A stretch of 64,000 bases of DNA. Origin: Octopus sinensis. Taxonomy: Eukaryota. Where the stretch lies: positions 58,900,001 to 58,964,000 of the forward strand of contig NC_043001.1 of assembly GCF_006345805.1 (NCBI RefSeq). Direction: 5' to 3'. The notes under the pieces were generated by a model. It made no database searches. It was not told the origin of the DNA and saw only the letters and a list, made by a program, of their open reading frames with translations. Position 1 is the stretch's first letter; every line of letters starts with the position of its first letter. This document shows, piece by piece, positions 1 through 12,204 of the stretch. The translations under genes and the position numbers were made by a program.

Positions 1-200
1 ATCCAACTGCCTTCAAACAAAATTAGATGTGTGGGAGCATAGTCAACAATACAAGAAACAGATCTATAATTCAGACTGAACATTCAAGTGACATGTAAAT
101 TAAAAGAATTTTCATCCATCCCGTTTCAAGCTTCAGAAGTTGATATATATGGAAAAAAGTCAAGGTAGAAAATGCTAAAATAATTTTATATAAAACATTT

Positions 201-236
201 CAGTACCGGTTTCAGCCTTTGAGACTTTTTCAACTG
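201..236 (-). ncRNA. Decayed minimal type-I hammerhead ribozyme (PLE pLTR type)
   Basis: Minus strand reads CAG-TTGAAAA-AGTC-tcaaa-GGCT-GAAAC-CG-GTA-CTG. This gives stem I (CAG/CTG), stem II, a palindromic stem III (ACCGGT) and a GUA site. The CUGANGA core carries two substitutions (UUGAAAA). Confidence 0.65.
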
Positions 237-1230
237 TAAGTATGGAAAACAATGAACTTTTGGAAAAATTAAACGAATAGTTTTTTAAAAGAATATTTGT
301 ATAGTATTCAAATACAAGGGGCATTTTCCTTGTTTCTGCATCTCTCTGTCTCTCTTGTTTACTCTTGTGGGTTAGCATAGTACTTCGCGATAGCTGGCAT
401 CACAGATTAAACACTATTTTCTCTCCAGTTACCATAAGAAATAATATGTTTATTCAGCAATCAAGAACATAGTGTTTCATGAATTACTGTCGTGTTTACG
501 TGTGTGTGTTGGGGGGATTATGCGTTCGCGCGTGCGCACATGAGCTGTTCCGCTAAATTAGCGTCTAGCAAATGCTTCGAATTTAGAAAATATGTAAAAG
601 AGAAGAAACACTGCACTGTGGAAAAAAATACTGGTTGAAATTTGGTGGTTCACTTTTAAGTAAGAATTATTGAATATTTGCCATTACTTGCAAAAGAATT
701 TACACACATCGACAGTTTAGAGCTAGTACATATTTACTTGAGTAACCTATGCTGAAAATCATTCTGGGCATGACTGCCATCTTTTTTCTATGTGTTCATA
801 CTTCCTTACTTAATTAAAACGGAGGCATTTGATTGGATGGAAATTACCTGCATGATTTTGCTTAATATGCAAAAAGGTGGAAGGAACGTTGAGAACTTAG
901 GATGAGGTATCTAGTAAGGATACGCATAATTTTTTCTCTTATCATTTTTGTATAGCAATGTTCGTAAATTCTTTGCTTTTTTAATTCGTCCGTAAAGTGT
1001 TCTCTATTCTTTATGTAGTATCAAAATAATAATCTCGCTTCTCTTTTGGAGCTGGTTCCAGTTTTACCATGCTATTTCTTATTTGCAAACAAAGGGTCTA
1101 TAAATTCGATAACTCAAGAATTTATCGAAACATATTTAATATAATCTCATCCGTTTGTGTTTTTTGAAATACATGCTAAATATCATTTCTGAGTTATTTC
1201 TGTCAGCTCTAAATTGTTATATTTTTATAT

Positions 1231-1266
<36 letters not shown>

Positions 1267-1759
1267 ATGTGTGTGTGTGTGTGTGTGTGGTATGAATGTG
1301 CAAGAATTCGAGGTATCCGGGATTTTAGGAGAATTCTTGCTTGACTTTATAAACAGTGGAACTAGAATGTCGCAGCCTGAGGATGTTTCACCAATTTTCT
1401 GTAGAGGCCCACGTGGATATCTATTGGAACAATTGTTGCTTGATGTGGGTGTATTTGGTTTGCTGTCAGTTATAAAATCAACCCCTTTCACCAAATGTCT
1501 GCAGTAAGGCTGCATGCTAATAGCAGTATCTGAATGCAATCTAACAGTAAAATCAATAAACTATCAACAAATGTAATTCTAGACTGCATTTACTGGACTA
1601 GCCTGAACTTTGATCTCCTCCTTCGAAAAACGTTACTTGTGATTCTCTGAGCTCATACAGTGAATATAGGTTTATGAAAACCCTTCAGAACAATGACACG
1701 TAATTTACAAATGTGGAAGTGGTGAAGAAAAAAACATGACGGTGGCGTTAAAATTCACT

Positions 1760-1880
1760 GCTTCGAACAGGGAAAAACGCGCCTGGCCGATGCACTGCTT
1801 CAAATGAGGGAAGCTTAGAAGCGACAAAATCTGAATTTGTGCAACGAATAATTCCGGTCACTTTTGGGTACACCCTCGTA
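1760..1880 (+). mobile_element. Possible Tc1/mariner 3' end remnant (transposase C-terminus plus TIR)
   Basis: With one frameshift it reads KTRLARCTASNEGSLE, similar to the RL.KC...GG.FE ending. It is followed by a TIR-like end TTTTGGGTACACCCTCGTA. Confidence 0.35.
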
Positions 1881-2120
1881 TAAGGCTGCATATAGATGCT
1901 TACACGCATATATGAAAAATGTCTATCCGTTTGGTACCTAACTATATACGGCTAGAAAAGAACTGACGACTTTCTAAACGATGCCAGTCATTATATTAGA
2001 CAATATCAGCGCCAACAAAAAAAAATGATGGACTGCGACGTAGATAATTATATGACTATATAGGTAAGTATATGTGTGTATGTATACATATATTTATAAG
2101 TATATATATATATATAATAT

Positions 2121-2163
<43 letters not shown>

Positions 2164-2212
2164 GTATGTATATCTATATATGTATATATAAAAAGATCTA
2201 TCTATCTATTTA

Positions 2213-2270
<58 letters not shown>

Positions 2271-2944
2271 ATATATACATATATATATGTATATATGTAT
2301 ATGTATGTATGTATGTATATATATATCTGTATATACATATATGTATTCTCTGAAATTTATTGCACGTAGCTAAGTAGGTAATTATGTATATTAGTATTAA
2401 ATATATGCATACCCATAATAACACAAGTACATAGAGATTTGCGCTTGCGTGTAGATGAACATATATATTATTGTGTATATGTATTGTATTTGAGGCTTGA
2501 TAGTTAGATCGGTAGTTTATTATATATGCAGATTATATCTTATATATTGCGGCATAATTTCTTATTGTAAATTTTATCTTAAATTCCCACACGTCCTATT
2601 ACAATATTTGAGTTCAATCATATCATTAAAGATAGGTTTTTTTCTTCTCCATCTCTCTGAAAGATAAAACGATGTTACAAGAATGACAGCATAATCCTCT
2701 TGATAATTGTTAACTTCGGTTAGACTTGCGTCTGATTCGAAAGATGGTATTATGTTAGTTATTGGTGAATCGGAAAGGAAAAATGGTTACAATAGAGGGA
2801 ATTGTAAGGCGATATAATACAATAACGTGTAATACAATTATAAAATACATTATAAGATATTTGCGTCTGTGTTAATGTGTTTGTAAAATATACATGCATA
2901 CCTATATACACACACACAAACACACACACACACGCACACACACA

Positions 2945-2995
<51 letters not shown>

Positions 2996-3129
2996 TGTAT
3001 CGTGTGTAAGGCCAAAACACAGTGAAGTAAATGCAAGGTAAATCACAATAAAACAAGTATGTGAATTAATGTAGACTTACCTTGTGTTCAATATTTCGGG
3101 ATTATGACCCCAAATTCAAGAAATTGACG

Positions 3130-3460
3130 AATGTTACCGATGTGCGTGTATGGGGGGGGACATGTTTTGGTCATGCCTACGATCATATATACAATATATT
3201 CTACACAAATTCCTCATGGTAATTATTCCATATATATATATATATATATACAAAACATGTCTGGTAATTGAAGGGAAATTATATCCGTTCTTTCAACATC
3301 AGCTGAACAATTTTGGAGAAAGCAGTACCATACAATAATGGAGCATATAGACGACCAATGCGATGCAGTCTCTGCCTCTCTGAAAACTCTTCATCCTGTC
3401 GAAGATAAACATGCATTTAACCAAAGACGAGAGCTTCTAAATTTCCGAATTGTCAACTAA
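3130..3460 (+). pseudogene. Naiad-type PLE GIY-YIG endonuclease C-terminal relic
   Basis: Reads SFNIS*TILEKAVPYNNG...RCSLCLSE then, in another frame, FNQRRELL. This matches the W.IL..A..Y....C.LC..E / LN.R.EL motifs in the copies at 6441-6830 and 11353-11665. Confidence 0.6.
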
Positions 3461-3922
3461 AAAATACCGTGTAGATACATTTTTGACTTGCGAACATATT
3501 TTTCGTTTTCTATTTGAAAATATTATACCTAAAATATAGTCATCTTTTAGTATTACAAAACTGGTACATGTTCCGGCTTCATGTTTAACGTTTGACTTTT
3601 AAGAAAACCGTCGAAAGTTTTGCAAATGTAAATTTAAATTTTACTGAGGTTAAATTTTTGCTCATTTTTACTCATTTTCATGTACAAATTTTAAATTTTA
3701 AATAATTATATATATATACTGTTGTGTCTGGGGAGAGTCATTCTCTTTTAGTCCCTTATTATTTAACACACACACCGGTAAAATTTCCACTTATTTCTTA
3801 TTTTTATTTTCTAAAACTTTCGTTGCGTCTTGCAACCTTTTCAATAGTCTTGACTCTCAACAGAATATGCTTCAACACACGAACTCATATAAAGAATCTT
3901 GCAAACCAAATGCCAAAACGAA

Positions 3923-4192
<270 letters not shown>

Positions 4193-4301
4193 AACCCTTT
4201 ATTGCTTAGTATTACTTAAATTTTCCTCGAATGAGGCTTTTACATGCCGAAGACTACTTGGTGTAATTGATAATTATTCCAAATTAATTAATTTCACCCT
4301 T

Positions 4302-4378
<77 letters not shown>

Positions 4379-4454
4379 TACATACATACATATACACACA
4401 CACACATATATATAGATATATATATATATATATATACATATATATACATATATA

Positions 4455-6830
4455 TCCACAGGATTAGATGGAGGATTTTCCACCATGAGAACAATAACAA
4501 AAAAATAAACCAACAACATACTGGGGAAACTATCCGAAATGGAACAGGAAATAATAAAATTAACAGGCACTACATTTAGATCTAGGAAATCTCCTCCACC
4601 AAATATACATCTAGATAACTTTGAACAAGAACTATGGGAGACTATAAAAAACATAAAATTTTAAAATCATCCATTGAGGTATAACCCGCACCAAAGGGAA
4701 TTAAAAGAACTAATAAGAACTCTCAAGGGTAAGAACGGCATTCTAACCCATTCTGACAAAACCAGCAACATCTATAACATTGACATTCCTACATACCATG
4801 ATCTACTACACAAAGAAATTACTAAAAAATATAAAATTGTACCTTTTAGCACACTTAGAAAACTGAACCTTGAGATTAGAGAAATAATGTTGGACTACTA
4901 CCTAGAAGAAGAAACGGAACCTTACAACCCAACCAGACCGAGAATCACACTAAAGGACCATAAAGAAAACTTTCTTGGAAACACGCAGGTCAGATTGATT
5001 TGCCCTACAAAATCTGACTTGGGCAGACTGAGCAAACTCATTCTGGATAAATATCTACCTACTATTCGTAATAAGATTAAACTTAGCCTTTGGAAGAATA
5101 CTCAAGGTGCATTGGATTGGTTTTCTGCCATTAAGGTATGTGACAATAATAGAAGTAAATTCATCCAATTTGATATACAAAATTATTACACTTCCATTAA
5201 CCCTATTATATTAAATAAGGCTTTCATTTTTGCTAGAAAATTCACTAAATTAAGTATGGGTGAGATTAGGGTTATCTTAACAGCTAGGAAAACTTTAATA
5301 GAGTTTGATAATAAATTTTGGGCTAGAAAGGACACACCCAACTTGTTCGACATCACCATGGGATCGCCGGACTCAGCGGAAGTGACTGATCTAGTTGGGA
5401 TGTATCTATTAGATAACATTAGTAGGGAATTCCCTGAATTAAAAGGAGGATTATATAGGGATGACGCTTTATTTTGTGTAAATAACACATCTAATAGGAG
5501 ATTAGATCTTCTGAAAAAAAGACTAAATAAATTTTTAAAAGTTTTGGCCTATCCATTATCATTGAAAGTGAAAACTATTCTGCTAATTATTTGGATGTCA
5601 ATTGTAACATTACTAATAGGATACATGAACCTTATATTAAACCCAATTCTAACTTAATATATATAAACTGTTCTAGCAATCACCCCCCTCAAATTAAAAG
5701 TGCACTAGTGCGTAGCATTAGTCAGAGAATTTCTTATTTATCCTCAAACGAGGACATTTTTAATAAGCATTGTGACAGATACAACGCAGCATTGCTGAAA
5801 GCAGGCTACAAAAGTAAAATATGGCATATACCCAAGGGGAATCCTTCAAATGGAGGTGGAACTATTAGGAACAACGCCAATAGATTTAGGACAAACAATA
5901 ATAACTGTAAGTAATAACTGTAACAATAATAACATAGTTAGAGCTTTGCACAATGTAATATTTAGGCACTTTGGTAAGGATAAGAATAAATTTGGTCATT
6001 TAATTAACAATAGTACTGTTAGAATAGGATATAGCATTACACATAATCTAGCCACCATCATCTCCTCTTTTAATAACAGGAAACTGGATTACTTCTATAA
6101 AGATAGAAAGTTGAATTTAGATAATAGGAATTTGCCTCTCTTTAATAGTAGGAACAATAAATCTTTTGGAGCTAACGGGAACAACCCTCTTACAAATTAT
6201 GAGGGTACCGTACCTGTTAGGAAAAATATTAATGTAATAGATGATACTACTACCACCAATACTTGTACTATTGATAGGAATATCGCCAATAATGATATAT
6301 TAATTCATTCGTTGAATTTGGGTTTGGATGGTAATAATAATTGTAACACTACTAATGTGAATGGTGTTACAGGATTGGGGACCAATGTTGGATTACCCTA
6401 ACCTGTTAATAACTGTAATTTCAGAAACAGAAATAAATGTGTGTTTGGTAATCAATGCCTCAGGAAGGAGGTAGTTTACCAATGCACTGTGGATACACAA
6501 TTTAGTAGTAGGGTATATATCGGAGCAACTATGAATAGCATGAAACAGAGACTTAATTATCATAGATATACTTTTAGAAATAAAAATAGAATGTACTCTA
6601 CAGGGTTAAGTGCATACATTTGGGAACTCAAAAGTAAGAACTTAGATTTTAGATTAAATTGGAAAATACTAACTTCGGCACCTGTGTATAATGGAAAAAA
6701 TAAAAAATGCTCTCTATGTATTAATGAAATTTTTTTCATTATCAAAGCGGGTAGGCCTATTATTAATAACATAATTGACACATTTTTTGACATTCACAAA
6801 CTACCGTACACTTTTTCTAGATTTAAATAG
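4455..6830 (+). mobile_element. Penelope-like retroelement, Naiad-type: RT plus C-terminal GIY-YIG, disrupted by several stops and frameshifts
   Basis: N-terminal RIRWRIF and [16 protein letters not shown] motifs; SDKT; RT motifs QFDIQNYYTSI, ITMGSPDSAE, GLYRDD, NYLDV, SSNHPP; thumb YNAALLKAGY; RIGYS; then CNxRNRNKCxFGNQC, VVYQC, VYIGAT, RLNYH, WKIL, CSLC. Confidence 0.93.
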
Positions 6831-9731
6831 AACTTAGCTTTTCTACTAGTAATATTTTAACTCCCTTCTGTATCTAATTATACTAGTAGTCTTCTACAAT
6901 TTTAAAACATGCAACTTATAAATTTATAATTTTATATAATTTTGTAGCTACACATGTATATAAATATATATGTCCAGTATTAATTGTTTTCTGTATGTGG
7001 TTTTTTTGTCTTGTTTTATAAGGGAAATACACCACGGCAAGAAATAATATATTCATTTTGGTATTTGCTTAGTAATATGAGATTCTTGAAGTTTTCTAAG
7101 ATTACAGAGTGTGTATGAATATCATAGTTTTAGATACCTGGTTTTAGATACTGTAATACTATTATGTAATATATGAGTGTCTATATTGGAATTGTTTGTT
7201 TTGGTTGAGAATATGGGTTTTTGCAGGTTTTTATTTGGCAGGCTTATATATTGTATATTTAGTGTATCTTTTTACTCACCTAAATTTGTATCTTATGCTA
7301 TTTATTAATAAACCTATTCATTTACTCACATTTGGCTTTATACATATTAGCAGTCTTATATATTTAGTCTATATTTGTAGTCTTCTTGATTTGTACATTA
7401 TGTTATTCATCTATTAATTTTTTTACTCATTATCTACAGGTATAAGTTTACATAATATTAGCCTGTATACTAAGTTTATATAAGTACTTTCTTCAATATA
7501 TATCTTCACTTTATTTTATGTTATTTATTTACCTATATACTCTTTTATGCATATGTGGATATATGCATATTAGCATTACTATATATTAGGTGTACCTATG
7601 TATTTATCTGAATTTGATTTCTATGGTATCTATCTATTTATTTAGTCATTTATTTATTTACTTATTTAGGTGTAGATATATACATACATATCAATTATTT
7701 AGTTTAATAATATATGGATACATGTATACTAGTTTGTACTTATACTCTGTATGTAATTTTAATTATTTCTTCTTATTTATTTTATCACATTTTAATCTTA
7801 AGTAATTACAATTTGTTAACTTATAATTAATTTAATTTTTGTTATTTACTTATATACCATTGTATTGGTAAGTCCCCCACTGATGTTATTTAATGCCAAA
7901 TCTTGTTAATTATTACATTTGTATCTATGTGTCCACGGATGCTTAAAAGTATATTTATATTTAAGTACTATGAATGTTTTCTCGCGAGTCACATATGAAA
8001 ATAAACGGTGCGTTTGTGTATATCTGCTGCTATACATGAGTATTATTATGGGCATGTATATTTGAGTGTAATTCTATTAGTTCGTAGGTTAGGTTCTTTG
8101 ATGGATAAATATTAATATTATAATGGCATTGGATTTATTACGTAGAAAAGATATATATTTATACTATAAAGATTTTCTGTCTTGTCTTGTCTGTTTACAC
8201 ATCCCGGAATATTTCCGTATTTTGACTTCTTACAATTAATCTCTTATAATTTAATTGCTATAAACCGATGTGTATGTCTATTGATAGTCAAACAAAAATG
8301 TTTAATGTATACTTTATAACTTAGCGTACATGTAATTATAGCAAATTACGGTGAAATCAGTAAACGTTATGTTATGTAATACTATGACTACAGAAAAAAC
8401 GGTGGCATATGCTTTGTGTACCCTACGAAAAATTACATTCTATGTCTTGATATATAAATATATGTATCTTTATAACAAATATTTTATGGAAACATGTGAG
8501 TGGATCTTCTTAGTTAATATAGTGGCGAGGCTGGATGGCTGCATAGCTACGATTATACCTCTTTTATTATTTATTTATTTATGTGTTTTACGGTGTTTGT
8601 GGATATGTATGTGTATGAGTGTATGTGTGTGTGTATACATATAATTATGTATGTATGTGCGATTGATCTGTGGATGTGCGTGTGCGTATGTGCGTTTCTT
8701 GACTAACTAACCGTAAAATTTCTTTTGTGATTCAAATTTAAAACTATAAGCCAATCGAATTAATCTAGAATAATCAATATCAAGCGGACAGAATAATCAG
8801 ACTCATAGATATGTAGATGTCCGATTGATGTACTTGGTACAGACATGGTTGTATTTATTATTATTATTATTATTACTATTATTAATATTAATAGTAATTT
8901 TTATTGACTTTTATAGGTTTATAATTTTATGAACTGAACTGTGTGTTTTTTATTATTTTTTATGTATAGGTCTGATTTAAATTTAAATGTGAGTGTGCAT
9001 ATATTTTCCTGTAGGTTAGTTTTGGAACTAGTAGCCCAATATGTAGAATAACTGTGTTTGTTAATATATATTGATATATTTTGTTTTGTTTATTTTGTAT
9101 TATTGTATTAATGAGTATATATATATGTGTAGTATTATGACACGTTTTTATATTTTATATTTTTATATGACACGTTTTTATATTTTATATTTTTATATTT
9201 ATATGTATAAAAAAATTTTTTTCACACTTATAATAAATTAAATTCTCTGAAGAGGCCGTGGGGCATCCTTGTTAATGTCTCATTTATACCTGCCTTATAT
9301 GGCTTATAGGTTAAATGAGGCCTACTTGCCCTTACGGCCGAAACAGCTGTCAGATATGATATAATTATATATTATATTTTATATTTTATATTTCTATTTC
9401 CTTGTCTAATTATATTTACAATATATTTTGTATAATGCCTTTACTGTTATGTAATGGTGTAATAAAGTATTGATTGGGTATCATCTGATGGTTGATGTTT
9501 GATTTAAGTATGTTTCTCCATTTTCCAATTTTGTAGTATATGTATATATATATATTATATAAATTTATATATTTATATTACACTTAATTATATTATAACA
9601 AGGTTATGAGAGGTAACGGTGTCATGTAATGTTGAGTGACTGCTATGTATAGATCATAGTTAAGCTCCAGGTTCAGTGATTGTGCGAATAAGGAGTCCGC
9701 AGCCTTGGTTTTTTTATGTCATTCTGAAAAG

Positions 9732-9735
<4 letters not shown>
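6831..9735 (+). mobile_element. Putative long 3' UTR/pLTR of the PLE at 4455-6830
   Basis: T-rich, ORF-free, almost microsatellite-free stretch from the ORF stop to a same-strand hammerhead (9244-9354). AATAAA lies at about 9461 and the stretch ends at (TA)n at 9737. Linkage to the ORF is inferred. Confidence 0.45.
9244..9354 (+). ncRNA. Type-I hammerhead ribozyme, PLE-type, with extended stem II
   Basis: TCT (stem I) - CTGAAGA (9247-9253) - GGCCGT...ACGGCC (stem II, 9254-9339) - GAAAC-AGCT-GTC (palindromic stem III, GUC site, cleavage after 9351) - AGA (stem I). All core nucleotides are intact. Confidence 0.85.
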
Positions 9736-9763
<28 letters not shown>

Positions 9764-9765
9764 AG

Positions 9766-9875
9766 TAAAAGGGACAGGCAACAAGTTGCTTGGCCGCATA
9801 CCGAAAAATTAGAAATAGCAGTCAATTTCTAATTTTTTGGTACGCGGCCAAGCAACTTGTTGCCTGTCCCTTTTA
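9766..9875. repeat. 51-bp inverted repeat with an 8-nt loop, directly after (TA)n
   Basis: 9766-9816 pairs with 9825-9875 with about 2 mismatches. The loop is AGCAGTCA. It shares CATACCGAA..TTAGAAATAGCAGTCA with the 4046 hairpin. Confidence 0.95.
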
Positions 9876-10002
9876 TTTATATACAATATATATACTGAAC
9901 TTTACAGAAGTTCCTACCGTTAATCGGCTATATTTACATACCGAATTCTACCAGTAAATAATTGTGAGTTTTTTAAAAAACCATTATAGAAATTATTTAC
10001 TC

Positions 10003-10062
<60 letters not shown>

Positions 10063-11352
10063 CTCAGCAAAATTTAGATTTAAATAAATATGGTACTTAA
10101 GTTAGATGCACGAGAGTTTTGTATGGTGTTATGCATATAAATCCATGGGGTGATTATAATCAAAATAAGCAACAAGAATAACTTAATTTGGTAATTTGGT
10201 ACGATTGTTTCACGCTACATCAATTTATTAAATGTTGTACGTATTACAATAGTTTTAAAATGTTGAGCAATCATCAGCCATCAATAGAGGTTTTCCATTA
10301 ATACATAATTTTCATATCAATTGATAACATTGTAGAGAAGGTAGATATATAGACAAAGATGTCAATTTAAATTTTAAGAACGTTAAGGTAGTAGAGTTTA
10401 TCCACTGACTGAAGAATATTCAGAATATTCAGTTGTTATGAACTGCTAGAAAGTTTGTGAAGAATGATCAATTGAAAGGAGACAAGAAAGATTTTCTATT
10501 AATAGAAATAGGGGTGATATAGGGGGTCAAAGTTCTGTATAAAGAAATTAAGGTAGACAGAGGGTTGTAATACTACATAGGATATTACTATTATTTAGCA
10601 AACAGATTTTGTATTAGGAAAACTAGGTCAATGTCAAATGGTCATAGTGACCACCTATAGAGAATCCAGAGATTCTTTTATACTTATATACATCCACTTT
10701 ATACTTAACTGGTAGATTTTGAATAAATTTGATACGTTGGATTAAAGGAGAAATTATAAAACTAATATTGATTCATTTTGGAGAAAAATCTATCACTTAT
10801 TATGAGTAGGCATAATACTCATTAACTGAAGATAAAAGTCCTATTAATCAATTGAATATATTAGGGGTCAAATATATATAATAGGAAAACTAGAAGAGTA
10901 GTAATCAGGAAGAAAGGTCTTCATAGGTTTAGTAGAAGGTGATTTATTTTTATGAAGAGAAGTAATTAAGAAGAGTAAATTACTCAGATTTCGTAGATAG
11001 TGAAATGTTATTAATGAATTAAAATATAGAATCTGTTAGACATAATATTTACTACTCGCGGAGAAAGGCTAATTAGTTAGGTAAAAATATCCTAGGTTAA
11101 TGATATATTAAGAAATGGAAGTGAGATAATCGAGATGAACTAAGTAGTTTCTTTAGTAACATAGACCTTCTACTATTTAGTATAGGAGATTATCAAAAAA
11201 AAAAGAAAAAAAGGGAGAATTTAATTCCAAGTTTGCAATGAAGTTTTGTTAGTAATCTTTGTATGTTGAATTAAAAACCAGTATGGTATATTCATTCTTA
11301 TTTGGTCATAAAGAATTAGAATTTGAAAAATTTAGGAATAGTCACTATATTA

Positions 11353-12027
11353 TTATTTAAAATATTTAATCGTTCGGGTTGTGCGATGTATGCAAGATGA
11401 TCCTAGCTCCAAACGGTTATTTAACAGATTTGTATTACTCCTATATTTTAAAATCTCATGTTTCCATAGAACAAACATCACAACCATCTCTACTATCTTT
11501 ATAAGGCCGTGCTTTTCTTACTATATCCCATTTTAGGTTGAATTCTATATTATTCGTTTTCTGTTCCCAAATGTTACTGGACAATGTTGTGCAACCTGCT
11601 TTGTGTTTGAGTCTAAAGTAGGAAAAATGATGGTTTAAACGTTTTTTTTTAAATCTACCGAACAACGGAAATAAAGATAGTTGTTATTTGAAGTCACTAT
11701 TGTACATTTATAAATCACATTTTGGCCCAAACAGCGGCTAGACACCGGACATTTCGATCTAATCCTACAATTACAAATGGGGGGATAATTCCTGGTACTA
11801 GTATTATTTATGGATAATTCGTTTTCATTTCTGTTATTTGAGTTGTTATTAGTACTAGTGTTATTTTCTCTAATAGTAGTTACATTGTTATGTAAACTGT
11901 GGTTACTTGTTATTAATCCATTCTCACCATCTTCACCTATTACATTTTTCTCTATACTACCTATATTTTTCATGTTGTTATTATCACAAGTTATATTAAT
12001 GTTATTATTATTATATTATTATTATTA

Positions 12028-12075
<48 letters not shown>

Positions 12076-12152
12076 CATAATTAATATTATTATTATTATT
12101 ATTATTATCATCATTATCATAATTAATATTATTATGACTATTATCATTATTA

Positions 12153-12204
<52 letters not shown>

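Noticed and set aside
1214-1539. Overlapping 97-aa and 104-aa ORFs with non-repetitive parts
   Set aside because: No recognisable domain, and both run into microsatellite.
2074-2424. ORFs rich in YI/VC/HT/RE/K/F runs, here and throughout the track
   Set aside because: They are translations of (TA)n, (TG)n, (CT)n, (GAA)n and (AAT)n microsatellites.
4455-6830. Selenocysteine recoding, as reported for some Naiad PLEs
   Set aside because: The in-frame stops I traced are TAA and are not at Cys positions. The TGA in the 3130 relic is at a Trp position. I recognised no SECIS.
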